Numbered from the stretch's first letter, positions 22,527 through 36,528 are shown. The stretch: DNA of 64,000 bases from Vitrella brassicaformis CCMP3155 (GCA_001179505.1 CDMY01000335.1:1-64000); one strand, 5' to 3'. A program made the numbers and translations. Notes: generated by a model not told the origin, from the sequence alone.

Positions 22527-25500
22527 TCAGAGGAAGACGCCGAACTCCTGCCATTTCTCCCCTTGTTTGTCCTCATTGTCCGTCTCCCTCCCCTCCTGTG
22601 GCCCGCCATCCAGCCACTCCTGAAACACACCCACCCTGCCGTCCTCCTCTGTACCATCCCCCCTCTCCCCTTTGCCCTTGTCAGGCTTGTCCTGCTGCTG
22701 GTGGTGGTGTGCTTCCTGCTGGTCTGTGGGATGGTTTGTGAGGACCACCCACGCGCCGGGCTGGTCCTCTGGCCATGGTTTCGGCCAGGTGTTGGCTGCG
22801 TCTTCTGTGGGGGCGGACCCGCGCTGCTGCTCGAGGAGGGAGGAGCTGGACTGGGAGAACACCACATAGGAAGCTGATGGATGGATGAGGGAGGACAGCA
22901 GACAGACACATTCACGCCAGTGTGTATGGTATGTGGGCAGCCTGGGAGGAAGCGCGTGTTCGCACCTATCTCATGGATGGGCTCGAGGTCTTCCGGATGA
23001 GCGATGCTTCCTGCAGGCACACGAACACGGGCACAGGGAGGGACACACCACCGGTCACAGTTGCACTCACAATCAAGGCCGTGTGCGCATCGCATCGATG
23101 TGTTTTCTCTCTCCGCACGTACTCGCAAATCGCCAGGCCTCACCCTGGGCCATCCGTGTTGCCTCTGAGAACAACAGACAGACAGACAGACCGACAGACA
23201 GCCGGTCCATCCATCCATCCATCCACAGACACATACACTCGTGTACCTTGCTCGTCATCTAGAGTGGACGGCTTGAGTCCCCTGTCCGTCGATTCAGCCC
23301 TGAAGTCATCCAGGTGGTGCTGAAGGGCGATGTGGCTTGACCTGGTGGTCTGCTCCTCCCCTGAACAGGCAGGGAGGCGGTCGGTCGGGCAACAAGAAAA
23401 CACAGGTGCCATGATGATGTTGCTTGCAATGATTGAGTGACAGACATACATACATTCCTTTAGAAGGTCGATACGGCGCTGGCGTCGCTCCTGCGATAGC
23501 GACTCGTCAATCGCACTCAGCTCTGCAGGGGGAAGAGGACAGACAACCCAGCACACACGCATCATCCAGGTGTCATTGTGTTGTCGTTCGTTTGTTCGTC
23601 GTCATCTTGTTTGCAAACTTGTCAGCGACCGACCTGCATAGGTTCTATAGAAGTCCTTGAGGAAGCCATGGAAGAGGGCCGATGCGACCTGTGTGTCCTC
23701 GGCCGCGTCAACAGCCGTCCCTCCATCCCCCACAGCCGTGTCGGACGGCCGGCCGCCCCCCATCAGGCCCGACACGTCCTTCAACGCGCTACTAAGATTC
23801 GCCCTGAGAGCGTCCCAATGACGCCGCCTGCGGTGTACACACACGAACACATTCACCACACACATGTCTGCATATCCACCCACCTACGCAGACAGACATC
23901 CCTCAATGAATGCTTCTCACTTCCTGCCAGTGGATGCGTCCCCCGAGACGGCCGTCTGGTTGACGGTAGTGGAGTGGGAAATCACCGTCTGGGGCGTCCT
24001 CGGTGGCAGCGACGGTGTGGGGGACCTCTCGTCCTCGCCCACACCCGACACGAGGGTGGGCGGCAGAGAGAGGAACGGCATGGCAGAGGCCGTATCATCT
24101 CGTGCGCTTGGGGGTGCTGGCTGCTGGACATGCAGGGTGGAGGCGGGCCGCAGCAGGGCTGTCTCGGACAGGCCGATGTGAGAGCCCGAGAAGGGCACTC
24201 GAGCGGCACACGGGGAGGGGCTCAAGTCATCACGCGGTTGCTGCCGTATGATGCGATGGATGAGGGTCTTCTCCTCCAATAAACTGTCTGGCTTGTCTCT
24301 TCTGGCCTGGTCGCTGCTCCACAGGGCAGACACGCCCAGGCTGCATCGAACGACCGTCCGTCACAACACATGGCTAGCAAGGCTTCCTAAATAATGCGTC
24401 GCGTCTGGCTGCATGGCATCTCTGCGTACTCACTTTGGAGGGTAGGGATTCCCTCGAGCAGCCGACCCCTTGGCTGACCTGTAAAGCCACACCAAGCACA
24501 CTCTCACGTATCGGCGAGCTGTGTCATCCCCGCCCCCTCGGTGCTCGCCGGTTCTTCCTCGTGTCGTCCACCCACTCGCCCAGTTTGTCTGCCAGCCACC
24601 TCACCCTGCTGACGCCACTCCGACCGCTCCGCCCAGACGCCACGCTCGCGCCCTCCGCGCTGCTCAGCCCCTCCCGACCCAACACAGGTGTCGATGGGCT
24701 CGACCTGGGCTTCGATGGCCGGTGGGGTGGGGGCGACAGGTCCGCTCTGACGCCTCCCTTGGCCGACTGGACGGGCGTAACGGTGCCCTTTGGTGTCATG
24801 GCCAGGCGCAGGCCTCCTTGCAGGCCAGTCCGGACCCCAATGGCACCGTCAGGACTCCTCTCAGAAGATGATGGGTCGATCGGCCGCAGGACGGTGGATG
24901 GGGGGGATGATGGTCGCTGCGTGAGGAGTGTGGCCAAGTGGTGGAGGGTGGGGAATGACGAAGGGGAAGCCGTCAGCCCAGACACCAACGACTGCAGTCT
25001 GTGGTGAATCAGGACAGGGAACCAGAAGCCATCCGTGTGGAATCATCCCACCCCTCCCTTTGTCTGTCTGTCTGTCTGTCTGTCTGTCCCTACTCGATGA
25101 AGGTGGCGATGCCTACGGACAGATCCCTCCTATCCAGTGCCGTGCCCGGGTCCAAATCGCCAGTGGGAGGCACACCCAGAGAGATCTCGCCGCCTCCACC
25201 TGCATCTCCCTCTCTCCACACAAAGGCAATCGTCCACACGCCCCTCCGAACGCCCACACACACGCCGTCGCCCGCCACGGCCCCCACTCTCAATGCGTCG
25301 GTGGGCGACGACTGGCCGAGCAGCTCATTCTCACGGCAGAAGGTGACGACGGCGGGTTTGTCGCGCTTGATGGCCGGGGAGCTCCACACGAGAATGCCGT
25401 GGATCCAAATGAGCTCCCCAGCATAGCGGTAAGACCCATCAAGCCCCTCAAACTGCGGCTGCTGACGATAGAGGGGCGAGAAGTGCTGCTCCAGTGCGGC

Positions 25501-26345
25501 CTGCTCGGTCTCCCCCAGCCAACACACATCGGCCCCACCCGCATCTCCGCCAGGCGCCAGTGGGTCGGCCCCCTCCCGCTCCTCCCTCTCAGAAACCTCA
25601 AACATGCCCCCCAGGTGCGTCAGCAGCAGATTGGCAGAGACCTGGCTCGCTGACAGCGGAGGCTCACTGGTGGGGCGCTCGGACAGGTCGATTTCACGCT
25701 GGAATGCCTCGAAGAGCCGGTCAAGGCGCGAGAGGGTGTCTGGTTCGAGCGAGCGGGAAGGTCCGTGGGGCTGGCTCATCTCCCCCCTGGTGTGGATGGA
25801 CGGCAGGAGGGCGGTGATTGAGGGCGTGAGGATGCGTGTGGCCGACGAGAGGACGGCATCGGACGAGGGGGAGGTGCCCAGCAGTGCAATGACCACCAAC
25901 CATGGATGGCGACCCTGAGGGAGGGAGGGAGGGAAGGAGGAAAGAAATGCGTTCGTTCATCGACCGACCATGGCTCCCTCCTGTCGCTGTGTCCATCGTG
26001 CTGTTTTCTTTTACTTACAATGAGTTTGCATTTGAGGTCGCTGTCGCTGGGATGGTGGTGGAATGCGGCATACGTCGGTGGCGCACCGACGAGCGAATTG
26101 AGTACGCCGAGGGAGGCGAGGAACACGCCCTTCAAGCCACGAACGGTGGCCAAGTGGGGGTGCTCCACTGGCCAGTGGTACACCAACTGACACGACAGAG
26201 AAAAGGACAGACAAGACAGTGCATTTCTTGTTTGTTTGTTTGTTTCGTCCATGGTCAGTCAGATTGATCAGATCTGGTGTAGGCTTACGAATTCCTCGTC
26301 CTCTTCCTTGGTCGTCTGGTCCAGGATGAAACCAAACAGGTGCAT
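22527..26345 (-). CDS. INTU: Inturned-like tri-longin protein (CPLANE / CCZ1-INTU-HPS4 family), no PDZ domain seen
   Basis: MHLFGFILDQTTKEEDEEF|LVYHWPVEHPHLATVRGLKGVFLASLGVLNSLVG and SRLDRLFEAF resemble, from memory, INTU longin 1. YRYAGELIWIHGILVWSS..AVVTFCRENELL..FVWRE resembles longin 2. The 3' exons are uncertain. Confidence 0.6.
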
Positions 26346-26504
26346 AACGGGCCGAACGAATGTCAGGTCGTCAGGTCATCAGCATCACACCAATCATCTG
26401 CCCAATTCTGGCAGCTACGAGGCGTACGGAGGTGGTGATGCCGGCGGATAGTGACTCGCCTCGGGCCAGCCTCGCAAGGAAAGAGTTTTCAGCTCGCATC
26501 CCTT

Positions 26505-26573
26505 GAAACCGCTAGGGTGCTTCCTGAAACCGCTGCTGCTCTTAAGCCGCTGCCGTGGGATGCTGGAACCGCT
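26505..26573. promoter_or_regulatory. Three copies of AACCGCT in the divergent INTU-like/AP2 promoter
   Basis: gaaaccgct at 26505 and 26526, ggaaccgct at 26565. Function is inferred from position only. Confidence 0.35.
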
Positions 26574-26669
26574 CTCTCTGGGGAATGCTCCCTGAATGCT
26601 GTTGAAGCCTCCCTCAATGGCGCCCGGGCAGCTGTCTGTGACAACAGGTGATCGGGATCTTTGTTCACA

Positions 26670-28167
26670 ATGAATGCTCTCAGAGGCCGCGGCTCTGTCG
26701 GCTCCCGTGGAGATCCCTCTCCGTTCCTCTGCCCCCTGCCCGCCTCCTCTCTCTGTGATGCGTCACCGCCCCTCCCCCTCCGGAGCTGCCAGCGGGTCTT
26801 CGCACGCGGCGCCGCCAAGAAGGTCGTGCAGAAGCGTCGGCACATGATGAAGATCTTGCACCTCCGTCAAGAGCGTTACGAGCCCAAGCCCGATGGCTAC
26901 CGGCCTTTGCCCATGTCGCTGACGGGGTCGGGCCCCGTGCGGCGGCTGCTGGTCGCCAACACCAAGGAGAGCTTCGCCCTCACTGACAAGATCGACTGGG
27001 AGAGGTACAAGTGTGACGTCAGGGGCGTGCGGTGGCACCCCAACGGGGCCTGGCGCGTCCAGTTTGCCAGGCGCAACCACGAGCACAACTTCTTCGTCAA
27101 GTGTGACTGCTACTTCCGGGTGGGGCTGTATGGCTTCGAGGGCGCCAAGAAACTCGCCATAGCCTACAGGAAAAGACTCGAGGCTGAGTGGGAAGAACAG
27201 GTAGGAACCCAATCCACCGACAGCAAGTCCCTTCTCTCTCTCTCTGCAACAACGGATTGGTTCATGATGCATGATGCAGATGGATCAGTGGGGTGTGATT
27301 GACCAGCGCAACGCCGAGCGGCGGAATGCCGCCCGTCAGCGGAAGGAGCAGATGGTGGAGTACGAGGACCAGCTGGGTGAGGGGGCGCTGGTGCCGCTGC
27401 CCGAGGAGGAGTCGCCCTTCCTGGCCGACGACGAGTACGACGCACTCACGAAGCAGCCCGCACCAAAGGTCGAGATGGTGGACCCCGAGAGCTTCGTACG
27501 CGACGAGGCGCCGCCTTTCCTCCCCAAATACGCAGACACTGTCCAAGAGGACCTCGATCGTCAGACGCGCACTCACACACACAGACAGACAGCCCAATAT
27601 GCAGGCCGGGAGGACAGGACAGGCGGGGTCATGTTGTGGGTGTGTGTGTGTGTGTGCAGGCTACGGAGCGATGGAGCACGAGCGCAAATTACCCGGTGAG
27701 TGAGTGAGAAACCCACCCCGCCCACAGACAGACAGACAGACAGGCGACACGCTTAGGGGGCATGCCATCCCATGCATCGTCGTGAATACATCTGTGTTGT
27801 GTGTGTGTGTGTGTGTGTGTCTGTATGACTGACAATCAACGGTCGGTGTGGGTGTCTGTCTGTCCACTCAGAGCGTCCCTACCTGCCTCAAGAGGAGGAA
27901 GAGCAGCGGAGACAGCTGCAGGAGCAGCAGCAGATCGAGGAACAGAAACGCCTCACCAGCGGCGACGCCTCACACGACGAGACTCCAACTAGCGAGGGTG
28001 CACCTGGGCCACCAGAGGATCAAGAGAGACCAGAGACCGACGACGATGACGAGAGTGGGGAAGGGGCTGAGGGTGATGTGGGTGGCGGTGCTGAGGAGTC
28101 TGGGAGAGGTGCTGGGCTGGGTGGGGCGGGGCAGATGGATGACCAAGGAAGCAAGCCTGACAGATAG
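26670..28167 (+). CDS. ApiAP2-type single AP2-domain protein with putative mitochondrial targeting peptide
   Basis: AP2 domain VRGVRWHPNGAWRVQF..YFRVGLYGFEGAKKLAIAYRKRLE (~27018-27183). N-terminus is Arg/Ser-rich with few acidic residues (MNALRGRGSVGSRG..RSCQRVFARGAAKK). Four exons, acidic tail. Confidence 0.85.
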
Positions 28168-28936
28168 ACAGGAGTGGACAGGCAGGCAGGACTGTAGCGC
28201 CGTCGCTTGCAGGGTGGTTGGGCATCGGTATGTGACAGACGGTACGGGCCGGGCTGCCTCCATGAATTAATGAATGAATCCAGCTAGCGCAGAATCATCA
28301 CACAACGGTACCGGGCCGGGAGAGCCAGTCTGCCTGCTGCATGCCGCCAAAGGAATGAAGGAGGGGCGTCAAGACCGTCTGGTCCTGCCCGCCTGCCCGC
28401 CTGCCCGCCATTCTCTGCAGCTCTTTGCCGTCCCCAAGAAAGAGACACACCTGACGGACGCTGCATGGCGTGTCTCGCACACACATGTGTGTGAAGGTGT
28501 GTGTGAGTGTGTCAACGTACAGGGGGAGGGAGAGGGCGGCAGTGGCGGGCGAAGCTACTGCATCGACAGGGGACGTCGAGGTCGCTGTGGAGACGAGCAA
28601 CCGATGGACATCGATTGACATCTGAGACTGCCTGCCATCTTTGCATCAGCGAATTCGCAAGATTGATTGGGGCTGTGGGGAGTGTAGCGTCGCGTGCCTT
28701 GGCTGGGCTCGTGTTGGTGATCTATGCAGTCGCCGGGTAGACCTTTGGTATAGACTGCGTTGACTCATACAGATGTTTTGGCCATGTCCAATGAGGCGTG
28801 TGGGGACGGCAATACTGACTGATTCATCCAAGTATAGATCTACTCAATGCGTTATCAGATACACACACTGCAAGGCACACACGCGTCATGCGACCATATG
28901 ACATCGGTCCCTCCTCCTCTCTCGCCGTGCAGCGCA

Positions 28937-31900
28937 TCATCTGGACGACCGTCTTGCGTCGGCGGCCTTGCCTGCAGCTGCAGCTGCTGCGCGGCTGACG
29001 GGGGTGACCACATGCGACCGCAGGTACTGGTGCAGCAGGGGCGCCAACCGGTCAGGACTCTGCATGCCACGACACCACACACAAAGAATGCCATATGATG
29101 GAAGACGTGAGCTGGCAAGGCAAGGCTCGCTCAGCTCACGTCGATGGCCGCGAGGCATCCGTCCTGGACTGCCGTCGACAGAAAGGGAAAGTACCTGCAC
29201 CAAAGAGCACCAACGACAGACAGGCAGCACCAGCCATCCCATCGATCCATGGCATGGAGGTGAGCGGCCAGCCAGCCAGTGTCAGTCAGTGTACCGACCC
29301 CAGTAGCATGCCGTCGAGTATGTTGAGCTTGGCGTCGCGCGAGATGCCCCCCTTGTGGCCGGACACCCCCCCCAGCCCGCCCCGCTCCGACGCGGCCGGC
29401 TCGCGGCACATCCGGGGGTTGAGACCCATACGATGCGGCAGCTGGTGGGCCAGGTGAGACTGATGGGCATGGCACACACACACACACACATACGGACACA
29501 TGGCATGGGAAGGGCTGGCTGGCTGGCCTGCGGGGCTGCATTGGGGTGTGTGTGTGTGGATGGGATGGATGGCTCACTTGTAAAGGCAGGAGGGATTGCC
29601 AGTCGTGTGACCCGCCGAGAGGGCCGATCACCACCAGCGCACCGTTGGCACCGCCGCCCAGCTGCACGCAGCCATCCAGCCATCCAGCCATGCATGATGT
29701 GTCTTGCGTTGGTGCACCATCCATCCATCCATCGGCCGATCGATCGACCCTATGTCCCCACCCACCCACCAGGCATCTGCTGGCTCCCCCGATGGTGGTC
29801 CGCACCCACCCCAGGATCCGCGAACCGCACGCCAACTCACCAGACTCATCCAAGTCAAGCGTCTGACCCACATGGTTGCAGAGGGGACATCAAAGATGGC
29901 CTCATTGTGTCCCTTCCTTCATCCCTCCCTCCCTCGATGGCTCCTAATCGAGGGAGATATGTGTGAGTACCTACCTACCTGGTCGGAGAGAGCGCTGGCT
30001 GGTGCCCCCTCCTGCGGCTTGTACTGATACAGGAAAATATTGGCGTGTGGATCAGACACAACCATGCCTGACGTGATGGATGGATGCACACACACACACA
30101 AATACATCATGTGCACACACAGCCCACACAGGTGGGTGCCATTTCGTTCAGAGGGCCACTGTGCGAGAGAGAGAGAGAGAGAGTGTGTGTGTGTGCACTG
30201 ACCGAGTGAGTTTCTGGTAGCGATCATGTCGCAGGCGACGGCCGTCAGGCGGGTGCTCGCGGGGGTCCTGCCCAGGTGCACCAGCTTGCGGCTCGCTGGC
30301 CGGCCCTTCTCCTCGAAGTTGTACCATCTGCACACACGATGAACCAACATGGACTGAGTGAGGGAGGGGGGGAAACACCCATGGGCCGTCTGTGGCTGTC
30401 TGTCTGTCTGCCTGTCTGTCTCGCTGACTTGAAGAATGAGAGCCCCTTGAAGAGGTCCCCGATGAGCACGAAGTCCTTGATGATGGAGCAGCAGGTGATG
30501 AACGTCATGCCGTCATGGATCGCACCGCCCAGCAGCTGACGCTCGCCCACCTCCTAGCATAGCAACAGCACACAGACAGACAGACACACAGACATGGTCA
30601 GTCAGAGAGATAGATAGACAGACAGAGAGAGATCCGCGCGCACACACCTGCACAATGAGCCTGGCCCCCGCCCCCTCAGTCCTCCCGGCGTGCATCACAT
30701 ACGAGCCGCTGGCCGCCTTGCCACTCACAGGCTCGAACCGCGTCAGCACAGACACCGGCCCCTTGTAGCTGCTCTTCAGATACACACGGAAGCCGTACTG
30801 CTCCATACCCGAGGCGCCCTCTGTGCCCGCCGCTAGTGGTGGTGGTGGGTGCGGGGGGATGACGTCCATGGCGTCGTCGGAGGGGTTGGGCAGCTGCAGG
30901 AGGTATACCTGGCCACTAGTGTGGCCTTCCGGCTGGTCGGTGTGCAGCTGCGCGGAGCCCACGGCCAGCAGGGTCTCGCCTGATTTGATTCAAGCAAGGC
31001 AAGAGAAAACATACATTGTGTTTGTGTGGAGTGGAGACGCTTATGCATGTATGTTTGTGCACTGCAGTGCAGTGCAGTGCACTGCACCATAGATGCGGAG
31101 GAAGCTGAGGCTGAGCACCTTCTCCAGAGGGCCGAACTTCCACCAACTGACAGACAACCGAGTCACAAACCCAAACCCAGACCCAAGCCGACACAAACAC
31201 AAAAGGGTCATTCGTCACATGACCCCCTAGGGCCCCCGGTGTTTCTTCCTTTCCTTCTTCTCGGCACTTACGCGCAGGGTGCATGCAGCCCGCCATCCAG
31301 CCTGTACAGCCTCACCTCGTGCCTGTCAGTCACCCTCCTCAACCCCACACCAGCCCCAGCCCCGTCGTCAGACTGCAGCAGCAGCAGCCGCTCATTGAAG
31401 GACCCCCTCAGCGACTCGGGCACATACTCACTGTCTTCATCCTCCAGGCCCGTCTTGGGCCCATGGTACGCCACCACTGGCTCCTCGTCAGCCAGCGGGA
31501 CGGCCACGGCCAGCATGCCCACCGATGGGTCGCTCAGAGCCATAGGGCCGCAGGGAGAGCCCATCAGGACGGTTTGGGGATGAGTCTCAGTGGCTGCCGA
31601 CGGGGCATCAGGCTGGGGCGGCAATGGCGGCTCCTCTGTGTCTGTGTGGTCGATGACGTCCTCGGGGGGAGGGGGAGGGGACGGGCGAGGAAGGCTGCCC
31701 AGGGGCACCTAAGGATGGATGGATGGATGGATGGCAAGAGAGAGGAAAGAGCGGAGTGTGGGTGTGCATTGCGTCCGTCCGTGTGTCCGAGCATGGATAC
31801 CTTCAGTTGGGGTATTGGCTTGGCCAGGTCCCATTTGGCGATGTGCTCGACGGCAGATGAGGGGGCGACATCGCTGCTGCCGGGTGCGTCACCGTCGTTC

Positions 31901-34900
31901 CTCTGGGGGATGTCCAGCTCCTCAACCTACACACACAACAGACACATAACATCCAGAGAGAGGGGAGAGAGCACTGACGTCAAGCAGTATATGTGTTGGT
32001 TGCAGCCCTCAATGCATAGAATGGATGCAGCTTACGTATTCCAGCCGGATCATCGACGTCGACGACAGACTCAAGAAGCTGAACAAACACACACGACAGC
32101 AGCAAGCGTGAACCAAGCAGGGACGCACAACACGCTTACGCATGGGGATAGGCCGGCGTCCTGAAGGGCACTAGCGCCACAGCCGACGGGTCGGCGTTGG
32201 GGTGCACAAACACCTCACCCCGCCTGCCCACCACCCACAAAGGCCCCGCCTCCTGACCCCTCCCACCACCACCTCCCTCCGTCCGCGGCGGCACCACAAA
32301 CGCGCCCCTCTCGCCCCCCACTGACACGAACGGGACCACCTTGCCTCCGCCATAGACGCCGAAGGGCACCAGCTCGCCCGTCGAGGCCTGATGCTGATAG
32401 GAGGGCATGATGGGCAGCACAATAGGGTGCATCATGAGCTTGAAGCGGTAGGGGAACGACGGGTCGGTCTCGGGGAACTCTTCGCTCAGGTCTTGCTCCT
32501 CCTGTGGGGGCGGCCTGTGTGCGCGGTAGATGAGGATGGGCCGGCTGGGAAGGAAGACGACGAGCGTGGGGGTGCTGTCGATGTCGATCAGGTCGGCCCC
32601 CCACACCACCTTAAGCTGGGAGGGGAGGGCGGGGGAGTGTTGGTGGGGGGGCTTGTTCTGCGGGAGAGGGTCGTGCGTCGACATGTGTCGCGGGGCAGCC
32701 GTGGGGTCCGTCAGCGACCGGAAGACATCCGAGGCAGACATGTAGCGGTCCTCAGCATCACCTAAGGCAATGAATGCACCAACGCAGCGCAGCACAGCAC
32801 AGCACAACACGCAGAGGTCAGGTGAGCTTGTAATATGGGTTTGGCCTGGCTGACCTGAGTGGCATGTCCGCAGGATGGGCGGGACCAGGTAGAGCTGCTC
32901 CACATAGAAGACCACCCTCTTGCTAGCCATCTCGACCACACTCAGCGACCCCTCCCTGCCCGTCACTGCCGCAAACACAGCACCCTCCTCCTCCGAATAG
33001 CAGCTGAGCGTCATGACGTCCCCTGTCATGCAGTCGGGCAGCCCGTCCACCTCCCGCAGCACCCCTGCTGCGGCCTGGTACGCCCTCACTCGGCCAGTGT
33101 CGAATAGCACGGCCACATAGGGCTCGTTGACGCAACCCTTGACGGCCAGGGAAAGGTCGTCCCCCTCGTTGAAGTCGATGGACGTCTCACTATGGGCGTC
33201 GGTCGTCAGGTCCCCTTGGTCGGTCATGGGGATGGCGTGCAGTGCGTTTGGGGTGACCTGGACAAGGAGCCCTGTGAGCGCCCCCGCACCCACAGTGCAG
33301 CTCTCGCTGTCAATGTGGATGTCTTCGGTGACCTCCTCCAGCCGGTCGTCCTCCGCGCTCGTGGTGGCGGGCCTCATGGCCAGCGCATAGGTGCGCCCGA
33401 CACTCAGCCGCGCATCGCTGCTCACCAGCACATATGCGTGACGGTGAGAACCGCCCACGTCATCATCACCACCACCACCACTGTCAGCCGCCCGCCTCAG
33501 CGAGGTCTGCATGCTGATCGACGGCAGCCCATCGCTCTTGCTGACCTCGCTCCTCTCCCCTCTGGCCGTTATGTGGCCGTCGACATTACCCTCCCCTCCC
33601 ACCTCGCCGCCCCCGTCTCCCCGCTTCCTCTTGACTCCCCCGCCCCGACCACCACCCGACCGCGCCATCTGGTGGCCCACATGGATGGTCCAAAGGTAGC
33701 CGGCGTCCTGTAGGTCAAATTCCACGATCGAGTAGGTGGGGACGGTCCGCTGGATGGCGCAGAGGAGCGGCGGGAGGGCGGGTCTGCCCTCGAGAGTGCC
33801 GCCCATGACGGCTGCGTAGCGCATGGTACGGAGTTCCTCGGTGCGCTCGGAGGGAAGGGCGGTCTCCATGCCCGAGATGTCGACGCGTCGCGGCCACTCG
33901 GCGAGGGTGCGGAGGCTGCCGGTGCAGTCCAGCTGGTCGACCAGTGTGACGTCGTACTGCGACAGCTCACAGCGGTTCGCAGACTCACGCTCATCGCAGA
34001 GAGCGATGTATTTCTCCAGCTCTCCTCTGCCTTTGGCATCTTGGTCCGACGTCATGCCGGCGACGGAAGTGTCGTCGTCTGCCATGGCGGCCTTGAGCTT
34101 CCCAAACCAGCCGTTGACGGGCTTGACCAGCAGCCCCCCGCCTCCGTCCTCTCCCCCGCCATTATGCCACCCCCTGCTGTCGACCGAGTACCGCCCCACC
34201 TCTGTCAGTGTAACGACTGACGGGCCCACACCAGCCGCCCCGAGGCCGCTCAGCATGAAGGAAAGAGGCGCGCCGGGGGTGCCTCCTGCCGCTGGTTTGG
34301 CGGAGAGGGGCACGATGGTGTGCGTGTGCAGCGGTTGGGGGCAGTCGACCTTCTGCCAGAGAATGTCGATGACGCCGTCAGTGGGGTGCGTCACCTGCAC
34401 AGAGAAGAAACAAAGTGAGAGGAGTCTATCTCTGCTGGCCGCCTGTGCGCCGCTATATTTTTATGGTTGGTGTGTGTGTGTGTGTGTGTTGCTTACAAGG
34501 TGTAGTAGGAAGAGTGTGCCGTCCCGGAGGATGGCGATGATGCACGACGGTGTCACGTGGCTCCAGCAGAGGCCGTCCAGACGCACACCCATCTCACTCT
34601 TGTCCCTATCAACCAACAGACAGACATATCAGGGCGCGGCGCAAACCAAACATGGCAGCTAACAAGCAAGTCTGCAGACAAGCCAACGATTGCAGCTATG
34701 TACCTCACCTGACAGGAAGGGTACAGAAGTGTTGCAGCTCGCCCGTGAGCCAGGCCCCCTTGTGCGTGACCTGCACGAACCCCCCGCCCCACCCTCTGCT
34801 GTATACCACAACCGTCGGCGACACCACCAGGCAGCCAGCCAGCACCGACAGCGGCCTCTCGTCGCCCTCCGCCATCGAGCGGGGCACCAGCGGGATCACC

Positions 34901-35451
34901 TCTGAGCAGTCCATCGGCAGGTCCTCTTGCTGCACACAATGGGTGTGTGTATCTGTCCATTGATGGTGATGTGCTGGTTGGCTGGTTGGTTGGCTGGTAA
35001 CCTACTTTGGACATGACGGTAACTCGTTTGGCGTCACAGTCGACAGCCGCGAGCATGAGGCAGCACGCCCCCCGACTCATCCCCAGCCGCCCGCACCACA
35101 CCTGCACACACACAGGCGCATCCCTCCCTGCATGCTCACACAAATGCAGACAGACAGACAGACAGACGCACCGGTCGGGTTTGGACGAGCAGTGCCAGTG
35201 TGAGCTGCGAAGGACCGTCCACAAAGGCAAAGTCCACCTGAGAAGAAAGACCACCGGACGGATGGACACTTTCGTTCGGTGGTGAGCGGTTGTGTGAGGT
35301 GCAGTGCAGGGGTGGATCAGGTCGATCAGGTCCCCCACCCACCAGTTGGTGCACCCCCAGCTGGGCCTTGATGGCCACGGACCAGGACGCCCCCACAAAC
35401 AGGTCACCAGACAAGAGCTCGTGATGCCTACACACACACACACACACACCC

Positions 35452-35483
<32 letters not shown>

Positions 35484-36394
35484 GGGCCCACCATGAGCTT
35501 TTCATGCAACAACACACGACAGACATGGGTGCACCTCCCTCTGTCCACCCCCCCCACCCACCCGAATTGTTCGGCTTCCTTCTCGACAGCCTGGTCTTGC
35601 CTGTCCTGGATGACGTCGCCACCCAAGGCATCTGCAGTGCCGGCTCCCCCACCGCCATCGCCCCTCTCCTCACTCTCATCAGCCACGCGCCGGAACGGCA
35701 CGATGATCAGATGGTCGCCAAACAGACGCAACGCAGCACAGCCGCAAAACACCGGCTCCACACCGTCATGCTGCTCGGATGGCTGCGTGACACACATACA
35801 GACAAGAAATAGAGCAACAAGTGGCTGTTGGCATTCTTGGCTGGCTTCAGTGACTCAGTCAGATGCACACACACACAGACCTACCTGTTGTGTGTGTGGT
35901 TGTGCGATGCGCATGGTGGGTGTGAGCTGCGGGTGGTTGGTCATGGCCCGGGTGAGCTCGGGCAGGTTGAACGAGTGCAGACTCAGCGTCGCAAAGTCGT
36001 TCAACTCCACGCTGTAACCGCACACCACCAACTGAACACACACACACACACACGGCCCGCGCTACGCTCCACATTTTTCTCCCTCTTCCCTTCTGCATAC
36101 CTGCCCCATTTTGAAGAGCAGCGCCACTCTGTCAGCGTCGCCGCTGCCATCCCCGCCAGTCATATGGATCGGCGCGGCGTCGAGAGGCGAGCCAAAGAGC
36201 TGCGCCTTGCACACCTGCCGCAGCTGCTTGCAGCCCTCGTGGTGAGCATGTTGCTTATCAGCCAGTCGCCACAGCTCGATGTGGTAGCTTCTGATGAGGA
36301 TGGCGGATGGCGCGCCGGGGGCAGCAAAGCAGCCGTGGAGGCAGAAGTCGACGGTGGACGGCGGGGAGATCTCCTCAAACACCGCGTGACTCAT
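28937..36394 (-). CDS. CPSF1: Cleavage and polyadenylation specificity factor subunit 1 (CPSF160)
   Basis: N-terminus AVFEEISPPSTVD..NDFATLSLHSF; beta-propeller segments; C-terminal FITCCSIIKDFVLIGDLFKGLSF, VVSDPHANIFLYQY and LPHRMGLNPRMCR typical of the CPSF1/DDB1/SF3B3 fold, best matching CPSF1. Confidence 0.8.
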
Positions 36395-36506
36395 GTGATC
36401 ACTCAGAGGGAGTGCTGGTGAATGAATGCTGGCTGGTGCTCCATCACCATGAGATGTTACAGACAGAGAGATCTATCTACCACCTTGTGGTGGCCCCTCA
36501 GCTGAG

Positions 36507-36528
36507 AGCGGTTTCTCCGAAACCCTAA
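36507..36528. promoter_or_regulatory. Adjacent AGCGGTTTC (reverse of GAAACCGCT) and AAACCCTAA motifs in the CPSF1/IBTK-like divergent promoter
   Basis: Sequence agcggtttctccgaaaccctaa in the 247-bp spacer between the two ATGs. Confidence 0.45.
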
